From the human T2T-CHM13v2.0 reference genome, Homo sapiens, in assembly GCF_009914755.1 (NCBI RefSeq), contig NC_060925.1: DNA of 64,000 nt; one strand, given 5' to 3'. Below the pieces are notes generated by a model. It did no database searches, had not been told where the DNA came from, and saw only the letters and a list, made by a program, of their open reading frames with translations. The translations under genes and the position numbers were made by a program. The stretch's first letter is position 1. Every line of letters starts with the position of its first letter. Shown here one piece after another: positions 26,901-41,500 of the stretch.

Positions 26901-29900
26901 GGAACCGAATGGAATCCTCATTGAATGGAAATGAAAGGGGTCATCATCTAATGGAATCGCATGGAATCATCATCAAATGGAATCGAATGGAATCATCATC
27001 AAATGGAATCAAATGGAATCATTGAACAGAATTGAATGGAACGGTCATCGAATGAGTTGAATGCAATCATCGAATGGTCTCGAATGGAATCATCTTCTAA
27101 TGGAAAGGAATGGAATCATCGCATAGAATCGAATGGAATTATCATCGAATGGAATCGAATGGTATCAACACCAAACGGAAAAAAACGGAATTATCGAATG
27201 GAATCGAAGAGAATCTTCGAACGGACCCGAATGGAATCATCTAATGGAATGGAATGGAATAATCCATGGACTCGAATGCAATCATCATCGAATGGAATCG
27301 AATGGAATCATCGAATGGACTCGAATGGAATAATCATTGAACGGAATCGAATGGAATCATCATCGGATGGAAACGAATGGAATCATCATCGAATGGAAAT
27401 GAAAGGAGTCATCATCTAATGGAATTGCATGGAATCATTATAAAATGGAATCGAATGGAATCAACATCAAATGGAATCAAATGGAATCATTGAACGGAAT
27501 TGAATGGAATCGTCATCGAATGAATTGAATGCAATCATCGAATGGTCTCGAATGGAATCATCTTCAAATGGAATGGAATGGAATCATCGCATAGAATCGA
27601 ATGGAATTATCATCGAATGGAATCGAATGGAATCAACATCAAACGGAAAAAAACGGAATTATCGAATGGAATCGAAGAGAATCATCGAATGGACCCGAAT
27701 GGAATCATCTAATGGAATGGAATGGAATAATCCATGGACTCGAATGCAATCATCATCGAATGGAATCGAATGGAATCATCGAATGGACTCGAATGGAATA
27801 ATCATTGAACGGAATCGAATGGAATCATCATCGGATGGAAACGAATGGAATCATCATCGAATGGAAATGAAAGGAGTCATCATCTAATGGAATTGCATGG
27901 AATCATCATAAAATGGAATCGAATGGAATCATCATCAAATGGAATCAAATGGAATCATTGAACGGAATTGAATGGAATCGTCATCGAATGAATTGAATGC
28001 AATCATCGAATGGTCTCGAATGGAATCATCTTCACATGGAATGGAATGGAATCATCGCATAGAATCGAATGGAATTATCATCGAATGGAATCGAATGGTA
28101 TCAACATCAAACGGAAAAAAACGGAATTATCGAATGGAATCAAAGAGAATCTTCGAACGGACCCGAATGGAATCATCTAATGGAATGGAATGGAATAATC
28201 CATGGACTCGAATGCAATCATCATCGAATGGAATCGAATGGAATCATTGAAAGGACTCGAATGGAATAATCATTGAACGGAATCGAATGGAATCATCATC
28301 GGATGGAAATGAATGGAATCATCATCGAATGGAATCGAATAGAATTATGGAATGAAATCCAGTGTGATCATCATCGAATGGACCCGAATGGAATCATCAT
28401 CCAACGGAAGCTAATGGAATCAACATCCAATGAATCGAATGGAAACACCATCGAATTGAAACGAATGGAATTATCATGAAATTGAAATGGATGGACTCAT
28501 CATCGAATGGATTCGAATGGAATCATCGAATAAAATTGATTGAAATCATCATCGAATGGAATCGAATGGTATCATTGAATGGAATCGAATGGAATCATCA
28601 TCAGATGGAAATGAATGGAATCGTCATAGAATGGAATCGAATGGATTCATTGAATGGAATCAGATGGAATCATCGAATGGACTGGAATGGAATCATTGAA
28701 TGGACTCGAAAGGGATCATTATTGAATGGAATTGAATGGAATCATCGAATGGTCTCGATTGGAATCATTATCAAATGGAATCGAATGGAATCACCGAATA
28801 GAATCGAATGGAACAATCATCGAATGGACTCAAATGGAATTATCCTCAAATAGAATCGAATGGAATTATCGAATGCAATCGAATGGAATTATCGAATGCA
28901 ATCGAATAGAATCATCGAATGGACTCGAATGGAATCATCGAATGGAATGGAATGGAACAGTCAATAAACTCGAATGGAATCATCATTGAATGGAATCGAA
29001 TGGAATCATCGAGTGGAATCGAATGGAATTATGATCAAATGGAATCGAATGTAATCATCATCAAATGGAATCAAAAATAACCATCATCAATTGGTATTGA
29101 ATGGAATTGTCATCAAATGGAATTCAAAGGAATCATCATCAAATGGAACCGAATGGAATCCTCATTGAATGGAAATGAAAGGGGTCATCATCTAATGGAA
29201 TCGCATGGAATCATCATCAAACGGAATCGAATGGAATCATCATCAAATGGAATCGAATGGAATCATTGAAAGAATTGAATGGAATCATCATCGAATGAAT
29301 TGAATGCAATCATCGAATGGTCTCGAATGGAATCATCTTCTAATGGAAAGGAATGGAATCATCGCATAGAATCGAATGGAATTATCATCGAATGGAATCG
29401 AATGGTATCAACACCAAACGGAAAAAAACGGAATTATCGAATGGAATCGAAGAGAATCTTCGAACGGACCCGAATGGAATCATCTAATGGAATGGAATGG
29501 AATAATCCATGGAGTCGAATGCAATCATCATCGAATGGAATCGAATGGAATCATCGAATGGACTCGAATGGAATAATCATTGAACGGAATCGAATGGAAT
29601 CATCATCGGATGGAAACGAATGGAATCATCATCGAATGGAAATGAAAGGAGTCATCATCTAATGGAATTGCATGGAATCATCATCAAATGGAATCGAATG
29701 GAATCAACATCAAATGGAATCAAATGGAATCATTGAACGGAATTGAATGGAATCGTCATCGAATGAATTGAATGCAATCATCGAATGGTCTCGAATGGAA
29801 TCATCTTCAAATGGAATGGAATGGAATCATCGCATAGAATCGAATGGAATTATCATCGAATGGAATCGAATGGAATCAACATCAAACGGAAAAAAACGGA

Positions 29901-30450
29901 ATTATCGAATGGAATCGAAGAGAATCATCGAATGGACCCGAATGGAATCATCTAATGGAATGGAATGGAATAATCCATGGACTCGAATGCAATCATCATC
30001 GAATGGAATCGAATGGAATCATCGAATGGACTCGAATGGAATAATCATTGAACGGAATCGAATGGAATCATCATCGGATGGAAATGAATGGAATCATCAT
30101 CGAATGGAATCGAATAGAATTATGGAATGAAATCCAGTGTGATCATCATCGAATGGACCCGAATGGAATCATCATCCAACGGAAGCTAATGGAATCAACA
30201 TCGAATGAATCAAATGGAAACACCATCGAATTGAAACCAATGGAATTACCATGAAATTGAAATGGATGGACTCATCCTCAAATGGATTCGAGTGGAATCA
30301 TCAAATAAAATTGATTGAAATCATCATCGAATGGAATCGAATGGTATCATTGAATGGAATCGAATGGAATCATCATCAGATGGAAATGAAAGGAATCGTC
30401 ATAGAATGGAATCGAATGGATTCATTGAATGGAATCAGATGGAATCATTG
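10950..30450. repeat. 7545-bp higher-order repeat (S-S-L-S-L-S-S'-L-L), about 2.6 tandem copies
   Basis: Anchors and rare variants recur at exactly +7545: 11946/19491/27036, 12882/20427/27972, 14189/21734/29279, 16433/23978, 18183/25728. Module lengths 468+468+1307+468+1308+468+442+1308+1308 sum to 7545. Boundaries are approximate. Confidence 0.92.
16433..16874. repeat. 442-bp S' module (26 bp shorter than S); also at 23978, 57083 and 62314
   Basis: The junction reads catcggatggaaatgaaaggagtc, versus canonical catcggatggaaacgaatggaatcatcatcgaatggaaatgaaaggagtc. Confidence 0.9.
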
Positions 30451-33400
30451 AATGGACTGGAATGGAATCATTGAATGGACTCGAAAGGGATCATTATTGA
30501 ATGGAATTGAATGGAATCATCGAATGGTCTCGATTGGAATCATTATCAAATGGAATCGAATGGAATCACCAAATAGAATCGAATGGAACAATCATCGAAT
30601 GGACTCAAATGGAATTATCCTCAAATGGAATTGAATGGAATTATCGAATGCAATCGAATGGAATTATCGAATGCAATCGAATAGAATCATCGAATGGACT
30701 CGAATGGAATCATCGAATGGAATGGAATGGAACAGTCAATGAACTCGAATGGAATCATCATTGAATGGAATCGAATGGAATCATCGAGTGGAATCGAATG
30801 TAATCATCATCAAATGGAATCAAAAATAACCATCATCAAATGGAATCAAAAATAACCATCATCAATTGGTATTGAATGGAATTCTCATCAAATGGAATTC
30901 AAAGGAATCATCATCAAATGGAACCGAATGGAATCCTCATTGAATGGAAATGAAAGGGGTCATCATCTAATGGAATCGCATGGAATCATCATCAAATGGA
31001 ATCGAATGGAATCAACATCAAATGGAATCAAATGGAATCATTGAACGGAATTGAATGGAATCGTCATCGAATGAATTGAATGCAATCATCGAATGGTCTC
31101 GAATGGAATCATCTTCAAATGGAATGGAATGGAATCATCGCATAGAATCGAATGGAATTTTCATCGAATGGAATCGAATGGAATCAACATCAAACGGAAA
31201 AAAACGGAATTATCGAATGGAATCGAAGAGAATCACCGAATGGACCCGAATGGAATCATCTAATGGAATGGAATGGAATAATCCATGGACTCGAATGCAA
31301 TCATCATCGAATGGAATCGAATGGAATCATCGAATGGACTCGAATGGAATAATCATTGAACGGAATCGAATGGAATCATCATCGGATGGAAATGAATGGA
31401 ATCATCATCGAATGGAATCGAATAGAATTATGGAATGAAATCCAGTGTGATCATCATCGAATGGACCCGAATGGAATCATCATCCAACGGAAGCTAATGG
31501 AATCAACATCGAATGAATCAAATGGAAACACCATCGAATTGAAACGAATGGAATTACCATGAAATTGAAATGGATGGACTCATCCTCAAATGGATTCGAG
31601 TGGAATCATCGAATAAAATTGATTGAAATCATCATCGAATGGAATCGAATGGTATCATTGAATGGAATCGAATGGAATCATCATCAGATGGAAATGAAAG
31701 GAATCGTCATAGAATGGAATCGAATGGATTCATTGAATGGAATCAGATGGAATCATTGAATGGACTGGAATGGAATCATTGAATGGACTCGAAAGGGATC
31801 ATTATTGAATGGAATTGAATGGAATCATCGAATGGTCTCGATTGGAATCATTATCAAATGGAATCGAATGGAATCACCGAATAGAATCGAATGGAACAAT
31901 CATCGAATGGACTCAAATGGAATTATCCTCAAATGGAATTGAATGGAATTATCGAATGCAATCGAATGGAATTATCGAATGCAATCGAATAGAATCATCG
32001 AATGGACTCGAATGGAATCATCGAATGGAATGGAATGGAACAGTCAATGAACTCGAATGGAATCATCATTGAATGGAATCGAATGGAATCATCGAGTGGA
32101 ATCGAATGTAATCATCATCAAATGGAATCAAAAATAACCATCATCAAATGGAATCAAAAATAACCATCATCAATTGGTATTGAATGGAATTCTCATCAAA
32201 TGGAATTCAAAGGAATCATCATCAAATGGAACCGAATGGAATCCTCATTGAATGGAAATGAAAGGGGTCTTCATCTAATGGAATCGCATGGAATCATCAT
32301 AAAATGGAATCGAATGGAATCAACATCAAATGGAATCAAATGGAATAATTGAACGGAATTGAATGGAATCGTCATTGAATGAATTGAATGCAATCATCGA
32401 ATGGTCTCGAATGGAATCATCTTCAAATGGAATGGAATGGAATCATCGCATAGAATCGAAAGGAATTATCATCGAATGGAATCGAATGGAATCAACAGCA
32501 AACGGAAAAAAACGGAATTATCGAATGGAATCGAAGAGAATCATCGAATGGACCCGAATGGAATCATCTAATGGAATGGAATGGAATAATCCATGGACTC
32601 GAATGCAATCATCATCGAATGGAATCGAATGGAATCATCCAATGGACTCGAATGGAATAATCATTGAACGGAATCGAATGGAATCATCATCGGATGGAAA
32701 TGAATGGAATCATCATCGAATGGAATCGAATAGAATTATGGAATGAAATCCAGTGTGATCATCATCGAATGGACCCGAATGGAATCATCATCCAACGGAT
32801 GCTAATGGAATCAACATCGAATGAATCAAATGGAAACACCATCGAATTGAAACGAATGGAATTACCATGAAATTGAAATGGATGGACTCATCATCGAATG
32901 GATTCGAAAGGAATCATCGAATAAAATTGATTGAAATCATCATCGAATGGAATCGAATGGTATCATTGAATGGAATCGAATGGAATCATCATCAGATGGA
33001 AATGAATGGAATCGTCATAGAATGGAATCGAATGGATTCATTGAATGGAATCAGATGGAATCATCGAATGGACTGGAATGGAATCATTGAATGGACTCGA
33101 AAGGGATCATTATTGAATGGAATTGAATGGAATCATCGAATGGTCTCGATTGGAATCATTATAAAATGGAATCGAATGGAATCACCGAATAGAATCGAAT
33201 GGAACAATCATCGAATGGACTCAAATGGAATTATCCTCAAATGGAATTGAATGGAATTATCGAATGCAATCGAATGGAATTATCGAATGCAATCGAATAG
33301 AATCATCGAATGGACTCGAATGGAATCATCGAATGGAATGGAATGGAACAGTCAATGAACTCGAATGGAATCATCATTGAATGGAATCGAATGGAATCAT

Positions 33401-36263
33401 CGAGTGGAATCGAATGTAATCATCATCAAATGGAATCAAAAATAACCATCATCAAATGGAATCAAAAATAACCATCATCAATTGGTATTGAATGGAATTC
33501 TCATCAAATGGAATTCAAAGGAATCATCATCAAATGGAACCGAATGGAATCCTCATTGAATGGAAATGAAAGGGGTCATCATCTAATGGAATCGCATGGA
33601 ATCATCATCAAATGGAATCGAATGGAATCAACATCAAATGGAATCAAATGGAATCATTGAACGGAATTGAATGGAATCGTCATTGAATGAATTGAATACA
33701 ATCATCGAATGGTCTCGAATGGAATCATCTTCAAATGGAATGGAATGGAATCATCGCATAGAATCGAATGGAATTTTCATCGAATGGAATCGAATGGAAT
33801 CAACATCAAACGGAAAAAAACGGAATTATCGAATGGAATCGAAGATAATCACCGAATGGACCCGAATGGAATCATCTAATGGAATGGAATGGAATAATCC
33901 ATGGACTCGAATGCAATCATCATCGAATGGAATCGAATGGAATCATCGAATGGACTCGAATGGAATAATCATTGAACGGAATCGAATGGAATCATCATCG
34001 GATGGAAATGAATGGAATCATCATCGAATGGAATCGAATAGAATTATGGAATGAAATCCAGTGTGATCATCATCGAATGGACCCGAATGGAATCATCATC
34101 CAACGGAAGCTAATGGAATCAACATCGAATGAATCAAATGGAAACACCATCGAATTGAAACCAATGGAATTACCATGAAATTGAAATGGATGGACTCATC
34201 CTCAAATGGATTCGAGTGGAATCATCGAATAAAATTGATTGAAATCATCATCGAATGGAATCGAATGGTATCATTGAATGGAAGCGAATGGAATCATCAT
34301 CAGATGGAAATGAAAGGAATCGTCATAGAATGGAATCGAATGGATTCATTGAATGGAATCAGATGGAATCATTGAATGGACTGGAATGGAATCATTGAAT
34401 GGACTCGAAAGGGATCATTATTGAATGGAATTGAATGGAATCATCGAATGGTCTCGATTGGAATCATTATCAAATGGAATCGAATGGAATCACCAAATAG
34501 AATCGAATGGAACAATCATCGAATGGACTCAAATGGAATTATCCTCAAATGGAATTGAATGGAATTATCGAATGCAATCGAATGGAATTATCGAATGCAA
34601 TCGAATAGAATCATCGAATGGACTCGAATGGAATCATCGAATGGAATGGAATGGAACAGTCAATGAACTCGAATGGAATCATCATTGAATGGAATCGAAT
34701 GGAATCATCGAGTGGAATCGAATGTAATCATCATCAAATGGAATCAAAAATAACCATCATCAAATGGAATCAAAAATAACCATCATCAATTGGTATTGAA
34801 TGGAATTCTCATCAAATGGAATTCAAAGGAATCATCATCAAATGGAACCGAATGGAATCCTCATTGAATGGAAATGAAAGGGGTCATCATCTAATGGAAT
34901 CGCATGGAATCATCATAAAATGGAATCGAATGGAATCAACATCAAATGGAATCAAATGGAATATTTGAACGGAATTGAATGGAATCGTCATCGAATGAAT
35001 TGAATGCAATCATCGAATGGTCTCGAATGGAATCATCTTCAAATGGAATGCAATGGAATCATCGCATAGAATCGAAAGGAATTATCATCGAATGGAATCG
35101 AATGGAATCAACACCAAACGGAAAAAAACGGAATTATCGAATGGAATCGAAGAGAATCATCGAATGGACCCGAATGGAATCATCTAATGGAATGGAATGG
35201 AATAATCCATGGACTCGAATGCAATCATCATCGAATGGAATCGAATGGAATCATCCAATGGACTCGAATGGAATAATCATTGAACGGAATCGAATGGAAT
35301 CATCATCGGATGGAAATGAATGGAATCATCATCGAATGGAATCGAATAGAATTATGGAATGAAATCCAGTGTGATCATCATCGAATGGACCCGAATGGAA
35401 TCATCATCCAACGGATGCTAATGGAATCAACATCGAATGAATCAAATGGAAACACCATCGAATTGAAACGAATGGAATTACCATGAAATTGAAATGGATG
35501 GACTCATCATCGAATGGATTCGAAAGGAATCATCGAATAAAATTGATTGAAATCATCATCGAATGGAATCGAATGGTATCATTGAATGGAATCGAATGGA
35601 ATCATCATCAGATGGAAATGAATGGAATCGTCATAGAATGGAATCGAATGGATTCATTGAATGGAATCAGATGGAATCATCGAATGGACTGGAATGGAAT
35701 CATTGAATGGACTCGAAAGAGATCATGATTGAATGGAATTGAATAGAATCATCGAATGGTCTCGATTGGAATCATTATCAAATGGAATCGAATGGAATCA
35801 CCGAATAGAATCGAATGGAACAATCATCGAATGGACTCAAATGGAATTATCCTCAAATGGAATCGAATGGAATTATCGAATGCAATCGAATAGAATCATC
35901 GAATGGACTCGAATGGAATCATCGAATGGAATGGAATGGAACAGTCAATGAACTCGAATGGAATCATCATTGAATGGAATAGAATGGAATCATCGAGTGG
36001 AATCGAATGGAATTATGATCAAATGGAATCGAATGTAATCATCATCAAATGGAATCAAAAATAACCATCATCAATTGGTATTGAATGGAATTGTCATCAA
36101 ATGGAATTCAAAGGAAACATCATCAAATGGAACCGAATGGAATCCTCATTGAATGGAAATGAAAGGGGTCATCATCTAATGGAATCGCATGGAATCATCA
36201 TCAAATGGAATCGAATGGAATCATCATCAAATGGAATCTAATGGAATCATTCAACAGAATTGA
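29747..36263. repeat. Run of five L modules with no S (local period 1308 bp)
   Basis: Anchors at 29747, 31055, 32363, 33671 and 34979 are 1308 bp apart, and the S-tail motif gaaaggagtc is absent from the interval. Confidence 0.92.
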
Positions 36264-38450
36264 ATGGAATCGTCATCGAATGAATTGAATGCAATCATCG
36301 AATGGTCTCGAATGGAACCATCTTCTAATGGAAAGGAATGGAATCATCGCATAGAATCGAATGGAATTGTCATCGAATGGAATCGAATGGTATCAACACC
36401 AAACGGAAAAAAACGGAATTATCGAATGGAATCGAAGAGAATCTTCGAACGGACCCGAATGGAATCATCTAATGGAATAGAATGGAATAATCCATGGACT
36501 CGAATGCAATCATCATCGAATGGAATCGAATGGAATCATCGAATGGACTCGAATGGAATAATCATTGAACGGAATCGAATGGAATCATCATCGGATGGAA
36601 ACGAATGGAATCATCATCGGATGGGAATGAAAGGAGTCATCATCTAATGGAATTGCATGGAATCATCGTAAAATGGAATCGAATGGAATCAACATCAAAT
36701 GGAATCAAATGGAATCATTGAACGGAATTGAATGGAATCGTCATCGAATGAATTGAATGCAATCATCGAATGGTCTCGAATGGAATCATCTTCAAATGGA
36801 ATGGAATGGAATCATTGCATAGAATCGAATGGAATTATCATCGAATGGAATCGAATGGTATCAACATCAAACGGGAAAAAACGGAATTATCGAATGGAAT
36901 CGAAGAGAATCTTCGAACGTACCCGAATGGAATCATCTAATGGAGTGGAATGGAATAATCCATGGACTCGAATGCAATCATCATCGAATGGAATCGAATG
37001 GAATCATCGAATGGACTCGAATGGAATAATCATTGAACGGAATCGAATGGAATCATCATCGGATGGAAATGAATGGAAGGATCATCGAATGGAATCGAAT
37101 AGAATTATGGAATGAAATCCAGTGTGATCATCATCGAATGGACCCGAATGGAATCATCATCCAACGGAAGCTAATGGAATCAACATCGAATGAATCGAAT
37201 GGAAACACCATCGAATTGAAACGAATGGAATTATCATGAAATTGGAATGGATGGACCCATCATCGAATGGATTCGAATGGAATCATCGAATAAAATTGAT
37301 TGAAATCATCATCAAATGGAATCGAATGGTGTCATTGAATGGGATCGAATGGAATCATCGTCAGATGGAAATGAATGGAATCGTCATAGAATGGAATCGA
37401 ATGGATTCATTGAATGGAATCAGATGGAATCATCGAATGGACTGGAATGGAATCATTGAATGGCCTCGAATGGAATCATTATTGAATGGAATTGAATGGA
37501 ATCATCGAATGGTCTCGATTGGAATCATTATCAAATGGAATCGAATGGAATCACCGAATAGAATCGAATGGAAAAATCATCGAATTGACTCAAATGGAAT
37601 TATCCTCAAATGGAATCGAATGGAATTATCGAATGCAATCGAATGGAATTATCGAATGCAATCGAATAGAATCATCGAATGGACTCGAATGGAATCATCG
37701 AATGGAATGGAATGGAACAGTCAATGAACTCGAACGGAATCATCATTGAATGGAATCGAATGGAATCATCGAGTGGAATCGAATGGAATTATGATCAAAT
37801 GGAATCGAATGTAATCCTCATCAAATGGAATCAAAAATAACGATCATCAATTGGTATTGAATGGAATTGTCATCAAATGGAATTGAAAGGAATCATCATC
37901 AAATGGAACCGAATGGAATCCTCATTGATTGGAAATGAAAGTGGTCATCATCTAATGGAATTGCATGGAATCATCATCAAATGGAATCGAATGGAATCAT
38001 CATGAAATGGAATCTAAGGGAATCATTGAACAGAATTGAATGGAATCGTCATCGAATGAATTAAATGCAATCATCGAATGATCTCGAATGGAATCATCTT
38101 CAAATGGAAAGGAATGGAATCATCGCATAGAATCGAATGGAATTATCATCGAATGGAATCCAATGGTATCAACATCAAACGGAAAAAAACGGAATTATGG
38201 AATGGAATCGAAGAGAATCTTCGAACGGACCCGAATGGAATCATCTAATGGAATGGAATGGAATAATCCATGGACTCGAATGCAATCATCATCAAATGGA
38301 ATCGAACGGAATCATCGAATGGACTCGAATGGAATAATCATTGAACGGAATCGAATGGAATCATCATCGGATGGAAACGAATGGAATCATCATCGAATGG
38401 AAATGAAAGGAGTCATCATCTAATGGAATTGCATGGAATCATCATAAAAT
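34963..38450. repeat. Near-identical copy of window positions 1-~3490 (offset 34,962 bp)
   Basis: Shared rare variants: atttgaacgg, ggaatgcaatgg, a 23-bp deletion, aaaggaaacatc, cattcaacag, ggatgggaatg, acgggaaaaa, cgtaccc, ggagtgg, ggaaggatc, tggcctcg, aataacgatc, the lost EcoRI site, gaaagtggtc, ctaaggg and gaatgatctc. Confidence 0.92.
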
Positions 38451-38507
38451 GGTATCGAATGGAATCAACATCAAATGGAATCAAATGGAATCATTGAATG
38501 GAATTGA

Positions 38508-41500
38508 ATGGAATCGTCATCGAATGAATTGAATGCAATCATCGAATGGTCTCGAATGGAATCATCTTCTAATGGAAAGGAATGGAATCATCGCATAGAA
38601 TCGAATGGAATTATCATCGAATGGAATCGAATGGTATCAACACCAAACGGAAAAAAACGGAATTATCGAATGGAATCGAAGAGAATCTTCGAACGGACCC
38701 GAATGGAATCATCTAATGGAATGGAATGGAATAATCCATGGACTCGAATGCAATAATCATCGAATGGAATGGAATGGAATCATCGAATGGACTCGAATGG
38801 AATAATCATTGAACGGAATCGAATGGAATCATCATCGGATGGAAACGAATGGAATCATCATCGAATGGAAATGAAAGGAGTCATCATCTAATGGAATTGC
38901 ATGGAATCATCATAAAATGGAATCGAATGGAATCAACATCAAATGGAATCAAATGGAATCATTGAACGAAATTGAATGGAATCGTCATCGAATGAATTGA
39001 CTGCAATCATCGAATGGTCTCGAATGGAATCATCTTCAAATGGAATGGAATGGAATCATCGCATAGAATCGAATGGAATTATCATCGAATGGAATCGAAT
39101 GGAATCAACATCAAACGGAAAAAAACGGAATTATCGAATGGAATCGAAGAGAATCATCGAATGGACCCGAATGGAATCATCTAATGGAATGGAATGGAAT
39201 AATCCATGGACTCGAATGCAATCATCATCGAATGGAATCGAATGGAATCATCGAATGGACTCGAATGGAATAATCATTGAACGGAATCGAATGGAATCAT
39301 CATCGGATGGAAATGAATGGAATCATCATCGAATGGAATCGAATAGAATTATGGAATGAAATCCAGTGTGATCATCATCGAATGGACCCGAATGGAATCA
39401 TCATCCAACGGAAGCTAATGGAATCAACATCGAATGAATCGAATGGAAACACCATCGAATTGAAACGAATGGAATTATCATGAAATTGAAATGGATGGAC
39501 TCATCATCGAATGGATTCGAATCGAATCATCGAATAAAATTGATTGAAATCATCATCAAATGGAATCGAATGGTATCATTGAATGGAATCGAATGGAATC
39601 ATCATCAGATGGAAATGAATGGAATCGTCATAGAATGGAATCGAATGGATTCATTGAATGGAATCAGATGGAATCATCGAATGGACTGGAATGGAATCAT
39701 TGAATGGACTTGAAAGGGATCATTATTGAATGGAATTGAATGGAATCATCGAATGGTCTCGATTGGAATCATTACCAAATGGAATCGAATGGAATCACCG
39801 AATAGAATCGAATGGAACAATCATCGAATGGACTCAAATGGAATTATCCTCAAATGGAATCGAATGGAATTATCGAATGCAATCGAATAGAATCATCGAA
39901 AGGACTCGAATGGAATCATCGAATGGAATGGAATGGAACAGTCAATGAACTCGAATGGAATCATCATTGAATGGAATCGAATGGAATCATCGAGTGGAAT
40001 TGAATGGAATTATGATCAAATGGAATCGAATGTAATCATCATCAAATGGAATCAAAAATAACCATCATCAATTGGTATTGAATGGAATTGTCATCAAATG
40101 GAATTCAAAGGAATCAATATCAAATGGAACCGAATGGAATCCTCATTGAATGGAAATGAAAGGGGTCATCATCTAATGGAATCGCATGGAATCATCATCA
40201 AATGGAATCGAATGGAATCATCATCAAATGGAATCTAATGGAATCATTGAACAGAATTGAATGGAATCGTCATCGAATGAATTGAATGCAATCATCGAAT
40301 GGTCTCGAATGGAATCATCTTCTAATGGAAAGGAATGGAATCATCGCATAGAATCGAATGGAATTATCATCGAATGGAATCGAATGGTATCAACACCAAA
40401 CGGAAAAAAACGGAATTATCGAATTGAATCGAAGAGAATCTTCGAACGGACCCGAATGGAATCATCTAATTGAATGGAATGGAATAATCCATGGACTCGA
40501 ATGCAATCATCATCGAATGGAATCGAATGGAATCATCGAATGGACTCGAATGGAATAATCATTGAACGGAATCGAATGGAATCATCATCGGATGGAAACG
40601 AATGGAATCATCATCGAATGGAAATGAAAGGAGTCATCATCTAATGGAATTTCATGGAATCATCATAAAATGGAATCGAATGGAATCAACATCAAATGGA
40701 ATCAAATGGAATCATTGAACGGAATTGAACGGAATCGTCATCGAATGAATTGACTGCAATCATCGAATGGTCTCGAATGGAATCATCTTCAAATGGAATG
40801 GAATGGAATCATCGCATAGAATCGAATGGAATTATCATCGAATGGAATCGAATGGAATCAACATCAAACGGAAAAAAACAGAATTATCGTATGGAATCGA
40901 AGAGAATCATCGAATGGACCCGAATGGAATCATCTAATGGAATGGAATGGAATAATCCATGGACTCGAATGCAATCATCATCGAATGGAATCGAATGGAA
41001 TCATCGAATGGACTCGAATGGAATAATCATTGAACGGAATCGAATGGAATCATCATCGGATGGAAATGAATGGAATCATCATCGAATGGAATCGAATAGA
41101 ATTATGGAATGAAATCCAGTGTGATCATCATCGAATGGACCCGAATGGAATCATCATCCAACGGAAGCTAATGGAATCAACATCGAATGAATCGAATGGA
41201 AACACCATCGAATTGAAACGAATGGAATTATCATGAAATTGAAATGGATGGACTCATCATCGAATGGATTCGAATGGAATCATCGAATAAAATTGATTGA
41301 AATCATCATCCAATGGAATCGAATGGTATCATTGAATGGAATCGAATGGAATCTTCATCAGATGGAAATGAATGGAATCGTCATAGAATGGAATCGAATG
41401 GATTCATTGAATGGAATCAGATGGAATCATCGAATGGACTGGAATGGAATCATTGAATGGACTCGAAAGGGATCATGATTGAATGGAATTGAATGGAATC

